Assembly (NCBI RefSeq): GCF_036971445.1
Contig: NC_091471.1
Location: forward strand, 163,866,001-163,930,000
Length of the DNA: 64,000 nt
Source of the DNA: Narcine bancroftii
Taxonomy: Eukaryota
Direction: 5' to 3'
The notes beneath the pieces are model-generated. The model was not told the origin of the DNA. It did not search any database and saw nothing but the letters and a program-made list of their open reading frames with translations. Positions 1 to 11,440 of the stretch are shown here, in pieces. Numbering within the stretch: the first letter of the stretch is position 1; every line of letters starts with the position of its first letter. The position numbers were made by a program, and so were the translations under genes.

Positions 1-261
1 TAAGCACCAGAGATGAGTTGAAACAACCAAGATCTTTTAAACCACACAATCATTTGAAATTAAAGACCTTTTAATGATCAACAACAAGTCTTTGAACAGA
101 ATGCTATGTTCATTTACATTCAGTGAATTTTATTGGATATATTGGGATTTTGGTTTGAATGGACAATGCAATCTGTTTTACCATTCAGGAGGAGTGTTTC
201 AATGGGACATGTTATGACCATACTAAAGGATCTTGGACTCTGTTCATCTGTCTACTACTAG

Positions 262-1250
262 ATCTGTGACTTCCTCATTGGCAGACTCCAATCAGTGCAA
301 ATCAACAGCATCATCTCCACCTTGCTGACCATTAACACAGGGCTCAAGGCTGTGTGCTTAGCCCCTGCTCTATTCCCTGAATACCTATGAGTGCATAGCT
401 CGAACTCAATCTGCAAAGTTGCTGATGATATCACTATAATTGGCTAAATAATTGGAAACGATGAGGTTGAATACAGGATGGATGGAGCCAGGATAACAAT
501 TTGCTCTCAATATCACCAAGACTAAGGGTCTTTTGTTAATTTTAGGAAAGGGTTGATAAGGGACCACAAGCCTGTTCACATCGATGGGATGGATTTGGAG
601 CGCCTTCAAATTCCTAGCAGTTCATATTTCAGAAGCTCTTTTGTGAAATGAGTGCATTGTGGTAACCATGAAGAAAGCATGCCACTGCCTTTACTTTCTA
701 AGCAGCTTGAGGAGATTTATCATGTTGTTGAATACTCTAGCAAATTTCTACAGGTGGATTGTAGAAATAATACTGACTGGTTGCATCACAGCCAAGTCTG
801 AAAGGTAACCAATAGAGCCAGGTCCGTCACAGGCTCTGACTCCCATCCAATGAACACATCCATGTGAGGCACTACCTCAAGGAGGCAGTCAATATCATAA
901 AGGATCTGCATAACCCTGGCAGTGCATAACTCCTCACACTGATTCTTTGGGCAGAAGTCCAAAGACTAGCACCTCTGAGTTCAACAACAACTTATTTCCA
1001 ACAATTATCAAGCTTTTGTACCTCCCCTTGTTACAATAATCAAGGACTGCTCTGATGCCACAAAAGGTCTGTCTGCACTATTGCAAGGTCACTTTTTGCA
1101 CTAGGACAACTGTGAATATTTAATATCCTTTGTATTTATTGTCTCTTTTTTTAATGCTGCAGCCTTTTCTGAAGTATCTGTTTGGCTGTCACAAGAAATA
1201 ATTTCAATGCATAAGACGATGTGTTTGACAATAAAAACTCATCATCATTA
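262..1250 (+). mobile_element. Decayed Rex1/Babar-type LINE, 5'-truncated (RT to 3' tail)
   Basis: Frameshifted RT motifs DFLIGRxQSV, NTG-QGCVLSP-LYSL and KFADDITII. Ends with gacaataaa plus a short (tca)n tail. Family assigned by motif recognition. Confidence 0.8.
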
Positions 1251-1304
1251 TTGATAGATAAAGGGCCAACTTGGTGTCATTATTACTAACTTATCAAAAG
1301 TAAC

Positions 1305-1696
1305 TATTCCCTAGAGTGCAGAATGCTGAGAGGCAATCTTATTGACCATTATTAAATTATGAGGAGCATGAATAAAATGAATGTTCACAATCTTTCCCTA
1401 AGGTAGGCGATTGTACAGCTCAAGGACATGGGTTAAAGGTGAGAGGGGAGATATTTAAAAGGAACTGAGGGGGCATCTTTTTCAATCAGAGTGTGGTCTG
1501 TCTTTGGAATGAAACTGTAGAAGCAGGTATAATTTTGACATTCAGTAGGCATTTGGGACAGATAAGAGGACAGAGAAGACTTAGAAGGATATGGACCAAA
1601 TGCAAGCAAATGGGATTGGCCCAGAATGCCAACTTGATCAGCAAGGACAAGTTGGTCTGAAGGGTCTGTTCCGTGATATATGACTCTCTAACTCTA
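1305..1696 (+). mobile_element. CR1/HER1-type LINE 3' end
   Basis: LExRMLRGNLI and GHGLKVRG-type ORF2 C-terminus, followed by the typical 3' tail gaagggtctgtt...tatgactct. Confidence 0.8.
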
Positions 1697-2409
1697 GGAC
1701 TCATCATTGGAGATGTGATTTCAGTGCTCAAGTTGAACTTCTGATGCCATGTTTCAAGGTTGCCAAATGTATGTCATTTGCAAGTTGTCACCTTTTCTTC
1801 CTCGTGGGAACGATGAACTATTCTCCCATTAGTCAACTCGTTCTTTCATTTGTTTAAATAACACAATCTTAATTAATCAGAAATATTACTAGGGTATCAA
1901 ATTTTCATCACAATTAACTGAACCCCCTATTATTTTTCCAGCAATCTTCATTGAGTTGAATTATTGAAATAAACAGAGCAATTGGGGTTCTGGAAATTAT
2001 TATCTAGGTTTGCTACCTTAAGTTGTTGCCAGAAATTCTTCCCTGTTTGAATACCTACAGATAAGTTCAGAGAGAAGTTAATCACAGTAGGTATTCCACT
2101 TTGTACTAGATTGCAATACAATTGATTTTATCACATGATTATTCATTTTTTTAATTATTTGGCAGGTTATGTAAATGATCTATATCCTTTGAACATTGTT
2201 AAGTAAAATGTGTGTCAAGTTGCTCTTGTAAAGTGACAAGTGACTTTATGGTGTTGGAATTATATTATTCATTTCAGTCATGTTTCTCAAGATTACATGA
2301 TAATAAATATCTTTCAATGGTGTGTAGACATTGGGAATGGTGACCTGCATCAGACAGGAACATTTTACAGTGTTAAAATTTGAACCTGCTATTTGTCTTA
2401 ACATTACAG

Positions 2410-2433
2410 AAGAGCTGTCGATCACTCATAGAA
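2410..2433 (+). CDS. Candidate 24-nt host microexon (unidentified gene)
   Basis: tttgtcttaacattacag|AAGAGCTGTCGATCACTCATAGAA|gtaagt: AG acceptor, consensus GTAAGT donor, length divisible by 3, in apparently non-repeat DNA. Confidence 0.35.
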
Positions 2434-2554
2434 GTAAGTCGAGCAATTTGGTACAAATTGATCCATTACTCTTTATTCCTTTCTCACCAATCTTCTTCTA
2501 AGTGGAGATAAGAAACTACTTTTAGTGATGAGAATGGGAGAATTTGAATTTCTA

Positions 2555-2897
2555 GCAGCACTGAAGCACCACAGGACTGTGTTCTTAGCCCCTTGCTCTA
2601 CTCACTTTACACCACAGACATTGTGGCCAGGTACATTAACACCATCTATAAATTTGTCAACGATACCTTGCTAGTGGTATTGTAAAGGTTTTGCATGAAC
2701 TGCTATGCCAAGCGTTCCAGTCTTAGGAGTCTTGGAGAATATCTTCTGGTCCCAACACACTAACGGCATCATGAAGAAAGCACATCAGTGCCTATACTTC
2801 CTCAGGAGTTTGCAGAGGTTTGGTATGACATCAGAAACCTTAGCAAATTTTTACAGATGAGTGATGGAAAGTATGCTGACCAGCTGCATCATGGGGA
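2555..2897 (+). mobile_element. Rex1-type LINE fragment with internal deletion
   Basis: APQDCVLSPLLYSLYT motif and aagaaagcacatcagtgcctatacttcctcaggagtttg, similar to the copies at 262 and 4212. Confidence 0.75.
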
Positions 2898-3047
2898 TGT
2901 GACGGCCCCTCACAGCCCCCTCGAGGTGTGTCACAAAATGAAAGACGAACACGGCGATCCAGCAGGCTGCGTGAGGCCCATAGCGTTGCCCTCCAGTTGG
3001 CCACAACTAAAGCAGCATAACTGGCGTATCAAGGAAATGTGATCTCA
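2898..3047 (+). mobile_element. Partial LTR (5' half), same family as the solo LTR at 20154
   Basis: Starts TGTG. Shares tcacaaaatgaa, gatccagcaggctgc, tgaggccca and tgccctcca with 20154-20300. Confidence 0.7.
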
Positions 3048-3967
3048 TATATGTACCCTTACAAAATAATCTGAAATGTTGATGTAGTGTTTCAGAGCAC
3101 TTCATAGACAATTAAATAACTTTGTTCCACTGTAAATGTAGTTAACTATCAGCATTCAGTAGGCAATTTGTTTCATGGAATTATAAAATCTTTACCAATG
3201 GAAAGGGCCAATTTGACCCATCAAAGTAAGTGCCAGTTTTATGTTGGAGTAATCCAATTAGTGCTAATATTTGGCTCTTCCTCTGAAGCACTGAAAATAT
3301 TTTTTCTCCAAGTACTTTTGCACTTTCGTTTTGAAACCTATGACTGAATCAGCATACAGAAACTGCCAAGGAACATAGATAAAATAAGCAGGCAGGTTAT
3401 TTGTTGTTAGGCATTGTTTGATGACTGAAAATTGGACAGAAGACAGAAAAAAATGCCACAGCTCATTTGCATACAGTGGTGAGGGATCTCAGTGCCTGCT
3501 GGAAGAGGTTGATAAGACCCAAGTTTAACGTTTCATTAAAGACTTACTACCAGCAGTTGGATTGGACCCAAAATACTTTTATAGCTCTCGGTAGAAAAGA
3601 AGGTTAGGTTGTTCCATTTTCAGAAGATCTTTGGTTGATAGGTTTCTAGAGATCGGGAGTCAATATTAAGTATAAGTTCACATGACTAGAAGAAAACAGA
3701 GGGAAAAGTGTGGTTAATCAGGTTCCAAGATGGAAGAGGAGTGATTACCTTCATTGGAGTCATGAAGTATTTAATTTGAGACAAATAAAAGCAGTGTGGT
3801 CAGAGCAGAATGGATCTAAGGAAGGAATTCTAGGAAATAAGAGCTGAACATGCACAAAGGCTTTGGACTTCAAAAGGAAGAGATTAGGATTAATTTGTGA
3901 TTGTTTATACTGTATTTAGAATATTAGAGAGATGTTAAGGTCTTAGACTCATTTATAAACAAAGATA

Positions 3968-5410
3968 ATAAAAAAACATAAATAGGAGCAGGAGGAGGCC
4001 ATCTGGGCTCATCAAGCCTGTTTCTATTTAATAAGATCATGGGTGCTTTGGCTGTGTATTCAGCTCCAATTACCAAACTGTTCCCCCATTCATCAAAAAT
4101 CTATCTATCAGTGTCTGAAAAAAAAACAATGAAGCAAAATCTACTTGGGCAGAGAGTTCCAAGGGTTTACCACTCTATAAGAAGCAGTTTCTCCTCATTT
4201 ACATCTTAAATCTCCAAGACCTGGGTCTCAAGACTTCACTGTGAAATTGGATCCTGGTCCCCTCAGCCCCCCGCTCTACTCACTTGACACTAACGACTGT
4301 GTGGCTCAGTACGACAACGACACCACCTGCAAATGTGCTGATGGTATCACGGCTGTGGGTTGAATAAAAAGGGGTGACGAGTCAGCAAACACGAGGGAGA
4401 TTGAAAACTTGGCTGAATGGCACACTAACAACAACCTCACACTCAATGTCACCAAAACCGATGAATTGATTGTTGACTTCAAGAAGGGAAAGTTAGATGT
4501 GAATGATCCAGGGATCAGTGGGAGAGAGGGTGAGCAAATTTAGGTTTTTGGGAGTCACTATTTCCGAGGATACACAATGCACAATGGCATTGTGAAGAAA
4601 GTATGTCAGCACCTCCATTTCCTCAGGAGTTTCTGAAGGTTTAGTATGACATCAGAAACCCTGGTATATTTCTACATATGTGTGGTGGAAATTGTGCTGA
4701 CCGGCTGCATCATAGTCTGGTATATCCTTGAACATAAAGCCCTGAAAAAGGTAGTGGACACATCCCAGATCGTCACAGGTAAATCCCTCCCCACTGTCGA
4801 GAACATATAGAGGGAATGGTGCTGTCGGAGAGAAGCAGCAATCATCAAAGTTCCACACCACCCAGCACATGCTTGTTCTCTCTGTTGCCACCAGGAGAGA
4901 GGTAGAGTTGACACAAGATTCACACCACCAACTTTAGAATCAGCTGCTGCTCCTCCACTATCAGCCCTTCAACAACAACTCAATCAGGGACTCATCTAAG
5001 GACTCTTACTTTTGCACTTTATTGTTTATTTCTCTCTGTATTGCACAGTCAGTTTGTTACATTTCTTTATTTGTTTACATGTGTCATTGAATAGTTGCTT
5101 TTGCACTATTAATAAGTGGTAATTCTGCCTGGCTCACAGGAAAAGGATCTCTGGGTTCTATGTGATATCATGTATGTACTCTGACAATAAATTTGAAATC
5201 GGAATCTGTAATATACTCCCCTGAATCCTGAGGCTCTGATCCTTCATTCTAGGCTCATCCAACAGTGGAAACAGCCTCCCTGCTTCAATCTTAACTATCC
5301 CTTTCATTATTTTATGTCTCTATATGATTTCTCCCCACCCTCTCATCCTTTTAAATGGCAATGTCCCAGGCCACTCTAACCCTTCTTGTGCTTACCCTTT
5401 CTTTCCAGAA
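3968..5410 (-). mobile_element. CR1-type LINE 3' end, split by a Rex1 insertion (4212-5206)
   Basis: Reverse CR1 tail (ataggagcaggaggaggccat...) stops at cttaaat and resumes at about 5210 (ctcccctgaatcctgagg). Confidence 0.7.
4212..5206 (+). mobile_element. Rex1-type LINE, 5'-truncated, nested in CR1
   Basis: LQDLGL..NWIL, LSPPLYSL and NNLTLNVTKTDELIVDF motifs; ends gacaataaatttgaaatc. Confidence 0.85.
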
Positions 5411-6150
5411 ACTTGGTAATAATCTAGGCTCATGGAAGTATTATGTAGGGTGGTATCTTGAAATTCTTTGCTGTTTAAAGTTGTCAGCAGAAACATATCA
5501 ATGATATACCAAATATATCAAATCATCTGCACCAGAGCAGATGAACCGAAGAAAACCTCATAGCTCTCAGAGGGTAAACATATTTAGCATGTTTTGTTTC
5601 CAGGAACCAATTTCTAGGTCAACAAATGAGGGTGTCTCAAGAAAAACATTGACTGCCCTCTTTTCTCCATGAGCGCTGCTTGACCTGTTGAGCCTTCTCT
5701 TTGTTTGCTCAGGATTCCAGCATCTTCAGTTCTTGTGACTGTCTCCACAGTATGGTAGCAGTCTGGAGCTGAGAACAAAACTTTGGAAGAGTTTCAGTTT
5801 ACATAAGTTGGAAGATTGCCAACGAGAGCAAAGGAGCAATTGAATGCAAAGAAAGTCATTGAGATGTTGTGGTGATGAATTATCAGTCATCATAAAGCAG
5901 AGTAAAGTGGAACAATAGCTTTTATGGAACAACTAAAGTTTAAGTGCACTCAAAAGTGGCTTCATGCTAAGCTCTCATTTTAGATTGCAATTGCGCAAAG
6001 GATGCAGTTATATTATAATTTTATAGTCGTCATAAATAATTTCAACATCATTTTTTATGTTGAATTTATGAAATTGAATTAAAGTAGTAACAGAGATTAT
6101 ATCTTGTGAATGTATTTAATTTAATACATTTTACTTCGTTTCAACTTCAG

Positions 6151-6197
6151 GTCGTAACCACCTAGGGCAAAGGCTGTGCTTACGCTATCCTATAAGT
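6151..6197 (+). CDS. Candidate host exon (unidentified gene)
   Basis: Pyrimidine tract ttttacttcgtttcaacttcag followed by a GC-richer segment. Reads either VVTT* (terminal exon) or xRNHLGQRLCLRYPIS ending at a gtatgt donor. Confidence 0.3.
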
Positions 6198-9100
6198 GTA
6201 TGTACCACATGAGTTGTAGTGTGCTGTATGAAATGTAGAGGAGCTATATAAATGCAGATCATTCCTCTTGCATCTCACACTCTGTGAGGTTGCATAGACT
6301 AAACTAACAACCTATGGTTGATTTTTTTTAAAGCAAAAATAAGCAAAATAGCTTAATTTGATGTCATACTGTCTCAGGGCTGAGAGGCAATAGATCTAGA
6401 AATACCCCAGGAGTTGTGGATGCACTGAGAATATGAGAAGCACTAATTGCTGTTTATTGGTAACAAGTGAAATGAATTTTGAAAACACTCAGCCAGTGAA
6501 ATGAACAATCTCCGATTGATATTCGTCATCTTGAAGTTTAAATTGTGGGTGTCATTGGACCTGTCAGTATTTATTGCCCATCCTTAATTAGACTTGAATA
6601 TAGGAGCAGTTAAGTATAAACCACAGGCTCTCTCTGCTTCTGATGAGCTTTCATTGAAATCCAACTAAGTAGAATGTGCAAATGCAATGAAATTCTTCCT
6701 TGCTGCAGCTACACAAGTACATGTACATAAAACACACTAACAGAAACGGATATATAAATTAAACTTAGCGCTATGCACCAAGAGTGGAAAAAATATTTAA
6801 GTGGAAAAACATGATATTGCGATAGTATACCCAGATCTATGGTGGTCCTGAAATAGTGTGATGGTTAGGGTAGTACTGGGGAAACAGTCACACCCCTAAC
6901 AATTGTACTGGAAAACATGAGCAGGTCCCATTACTTGCATTTGGCTCATATCCTTCCTATCTATTAAAAAATAGTTGATCAAATAACAGAGAGGGAACCC
7001 AGAAATATCAGCCAAGAGTGTTACGACAGATCATGGTGATTTAAGGAATAAGGATGTCACTGTGGACTTAAATTAGGTACAGGGTATGAATTGCAATAAC
7101 TGAAATTTGCATCAGAGCTTTAGCCTGGACTACTTTTGAAGTGAGAGATCTGAGTATGGACACACGCACCCTTTCTCTCAATGCAGTCGTGTTTCACCTT
7201 GATGAGCACAAAATGAACCCCTAACAAAACTCTAATCGACATGAATAAAATATATGCATAAAATAATTAACAATTGCCCACTGCAATTATTCTTCGTCTT
7301 AATGAGCATAAAATGTCAGCAAACTGGGTTGGTGCCAACTATAATGAAATCTCTCTCTATGGGTCTCATTTACTCCCTCTCTTCTTTCATTCCTCTAATT
7401 TTTGCTATTTGTAATTTATGCAATTGAAATTATGCCCTTTCACCACTTTTGTATTCCCCACCAACCAAAAGTGACTTGTCTTAGGTAGAATGTTATTATC
7501 AATGTCAGGTGATGAATATTAACCTACATGGTGCCACAGCACTGGAATGGTGTTGCCCACTTTGACTGAAGGCTCTGACCATAGTAGAACCATACTGTGA
7601 CAGATGTACTTGGCTCCTTTGAACTTAGGCAAAGTTGGACTGCCCACAATACTTTGCATAGTGACCGGGAATTTAGATCCAAATCTTACTGGGAAGTTCA
7701 GCAAAGTCTTGAGATAGGAAACTCCCTTTAAAAGGTCTTGAACATCCATTTGAAAGAACACCTGCTCAAGGTAGTTCTCCACTAATTGTTTGATTTATTA
7801 GGGAATTACTTCTATTTCTATCCTGCAGATTTTTATTTTGCCACCGATACAAAATTTCCTTTTCATTCACTCTATCAAGCATGTTAAATATAATTGTTAG
7901 TTCACAAATATTGTGAATTCAAAAAATGATTTGCTGTAAAATGCTTTTTAACAACTTTAACACATGCAAAATGGTCAACAAGCATGTTCTTTTTTTATTT
8001 CACTGCACTTTATTTTGCAGACACCTTATTCAGACTTAAAGCAGAAATAGAATATTGGAAGTTTATTGCACAAAAGGGGACCGTTTAACCTATTTTATCT
8101 TTTGCTTGCTTGCTGTGAGAAGAATGAAAACTAATGTCAGAACTCTATTCTTTCCCCATGGTTATTCACTATTATCTTTTGCTTAATAGAGTTTTCCAAT
8201 TTTCCCTTAGATGTTATAATAGCTTCTATCTTTGACTATTTCTGGTGGTTAAACATTCTTGGATCTAGCAAAAACAATTTCATAAGTCCTTCTCCTAACT
8301 CAGTAACAAATTCAAAATCCTGAATCTTCATGCCTGCCTGCCATCCAGAGGAAACCATCATTCACTATTCACTCTCAAAACACTTAGTCAATTGAAAAAA
8401 AATCTGTTAAATCTCTTCTTATCATTCTCTGGTCTAGTGGCACATTGAGTTCAGCACCACAAATTAACATTGGAGGCCTTGTTTAATTTAAAAAAAAAGA
8501 GTTCAAGAAGTTGAAGCCAGAAGTTTTGCTGGATTGCTCTGAGACTAAGTTTATCTAATATGTCTTTTTAAATAGATTAATAATAGCCCATCTTAATCCC
8601 AGTCTCATTTAGAATTAGCTGGTTGTGTGATAAAAATTGGGAATTGAGGATAATGACTGGTGGTGAGGGAAGTTTCTTTTCAATTTCTATCCCTGCAACA
8701 CCTTCTAGGAAGCAGGGGACCGCACAATCAGGGAGAGCATGGGTTACTCAGGTGGGATCTGGAGCCACAGAGACAGCTCTCATCGGGATGATGACTGAAG
8801 GTACCGAGTGGCTGTTTATGCCAGATCTGCATCCACTCGCCTACGTCCCAGCAGTCACTGGAGTGGCAAGAATCTGCCTAGAGTGAATCTGATTTGCCCG
8901 CTATGTGAAAATCCAAGAAACACAATTTGTTCCTTGTCATGATTATTTTGTATTTACTATGTGGTTTACTGTGAATTTTTAAAACCCAGAGTGGCAACTT
9001 GCAAAAGACAAAATGAAGCTTTTCACTGTTCTTCAGCACACCTGATAACAAACAATAAATTTGTGGATTTCAAGGATTTCAATCACTGCACCCATTGTCT

Positions 9101-9564
9101 TGCTTCAGAACAGGGTCCATGGTGATTTGTGCAGATACAAATGGTTCTGACTTCATTCTGAAAAACCAGCTGAAACACGCTTATCAAAAGCTTCATTGTT
9201 AATTGCCATGCTAATCAAGATGCAATGTGTTGATAGGGACCCTTCGTGCAACTGCATGCTGTTCTTCTTGGTGGTTGAGTGTTATTGACTGGTATACTCC
9301 TAAGGTTCAAGAGTGCATTATACACAAGTGAAATGCAGCTGTGTTAATGATCTTTTGGGAAAGCCTGCCAGGGTAAGCCCACACAACTGACCTTTCTCAC
9401 TTTGGAAGATGTAGCCTGTGTTTTTGCACTTGGAAAAAAAATAGATTATATGGTATACCATCACTGGTGTAATGGTGCCTGGATGTTGTTCTCTATATTT
9501 CTTGCAGTGAACTGTGTGCATGCTTGGGATAAATATTGGGAAAAGAGGACTGGAGGGTAACTAT

Positions 9565-9708
9565 GGGAGACACTATGGTGCAGTGATTCAAGCCATGTCC
9601 TCACAACTGCAGTAACCACAGTTTCATTCCTGACCTTGGGCAGTTTTAGTGTAGAATTTGTATGCTCTCCCTGTGACCACATGCATTTCTCTCTCATATC
9701 ACAAAGAC
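9565..9708 (+). mobile_element. tRNA-derived SINE, 5' half (3' half resumes at about 14829-15060)
   Basis: tgtagaatttgtatgctctccctgtgacc...acaaagac core as in other SINE copies. The continuation ggtagcttaattgg follows the RTE. Confidence 0.55.
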
Positions 9709-11440
9709 CATAAGACTGTAAGACTGTAATACATAGGAGCAGGAATAGACTATACAGCCCATCAAGTCTTCCCCTCCATTTAATCATGTGGTGGTCCATT
9801 TTCCCAAAATGCACTACTGCCCAGCCTTCTCCCTGCCAACTTTAATACCCTGGCTAATTAAGAATTTATCAATCTCTGACTTAAATACACCCAATGACCT
9901 GGCCTCCACAACAACTGGTAGCAACAAATTCACTCCCCTCTGGATGAAGAAATCTTTCCTTATCTCTGTTATAAGCAGATGCCTTTCAATCCTGAAGTTG
10001 TTCCCTCTTTTCTTAGGCTCTCCTACCATGGGAAATAATCTTTCTACATCTACTCTGTCCATGCTTTTCAACATGTGAAATGTTTCAAGGAGATCCCCTT
10101 TCATTTACCTAAATTCCAATAACTACATGCCAAGAGTTGTCGAAGGCTCCTAAAATCATCTCTGTGAACCTCCTTTTAACCCTCACTGACATCAGCATAT
10201 TCTTTCTTAACTGAGGAGACCAAAACTGCTCACAATATTCCAAGTGAGGTCTAGCCTCAGCGTCACATCCCTGCTCTTATATTCTATTCCTCTTGAAATG
10301 AACACCAGCACTGCATTTGCCACCTTCACCACTGACTCAACATGCAAGTTTACCTTCAGGCTATCCTGCATACAGACTCCCTGGTCCCTTTGCATCTAGG
10401 CTTTTCAATTTATGCCACATTTTAAAAAAAAGTCTTCCCATTTATTTTTCTTTCTGCTAAGCTACATGACCATACACTTTCTGATATTGCATTTCTTTTC
10501 CCACTTCTCTGCCCAATCTCCCACTCTGTCTGTCTTTCTGCAACCTCCCTGTTTCCTCAACGCTACATGCTCCTCTAGCTGCCTTCACATCATCTGCAAA
10601 CTTGGCCACAAAACCATTCATTCCATAATCTAAATCATTAATATACAACATGAAAAGAAGTGACCCCAAAACTGACCAACCAGCAGCCAACCAGAATTTG
10701 AACACTGTGTTCTGACGTCCTGCTTCCTTATGATAAGCCAATGGTCTACCCATGCTAGTATGTTTCCTCTTATACAATGGACTCTTCTTTTATTAAGTAG
10801 CCTTATGTGCATCATCTTCACCAGGGCCTTCTGAAAATCCAAATACACAACATCTACTGAATCTCCCTTATCCAGCCTGCTTGTCACTTCTTCAAAGAAT
10901 TCAAATGGGTTTGTCAAGTAAGATTTTCCCTTACATGCTGCTTCTGACCTATCTTGTCATGTGCATCCAAGTACTCTGTAACCTCATCCTTGACAATCAA
11001 CTTCAACATATTCGCAACCACTGATGTCAGACTAACCGGTCTATAATTTCCTTTCTGGTGCCTCCATCTCTTCTTTAACAATGGGGTGATATTTGAGATT
11101 TTCCAGTCTTCCCGAACCATACCAGAGTCTATTGATTCTTGGAAGATTATTACCAATGACTCTATAATTTCTACTGTTACTTCTTTCAGAACCTGATGGT
11201 GCAATTCATCTGGTCTGGGAGACTTATTCACCCTAAGACTATTCAGCTTTCTGAGCACCTCCTCCTGTGAAATAATAACTGCACTCACTTCCCTTCCCTG
11301 ATACCCTTCAACATCTGGCACATTGCTAATGTCTTCCACAATGAACACTGATGCAAAATACTAATTTTGTTCCTCTGGCATCTCCTTGTCTCCCTCTTTT
11401 ATTTCTGCAGCATCATTTTCTAATGGTCCTGTATCTACTC
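9709..11440 (-). mobile_element. CR1-type LINE, 5'-truncated, decayed RT
   Basis: ORF-track fragments KSPRPDELH, GNYRPVSLTSVV, VDVVYLDFQKA, LYINDLD..KFADD and FFIQRGVNL; short repeated 3' tail at about 9710-9735. Confidence 0.92.

Noticed and set aside
7519-7782. 87-aa minus-strand ORF as a host exon
   Set aside because: No ATG start or clear splice signals. It may be a very old Tx1/L1-like remnant, but the evidence is too weak to call.
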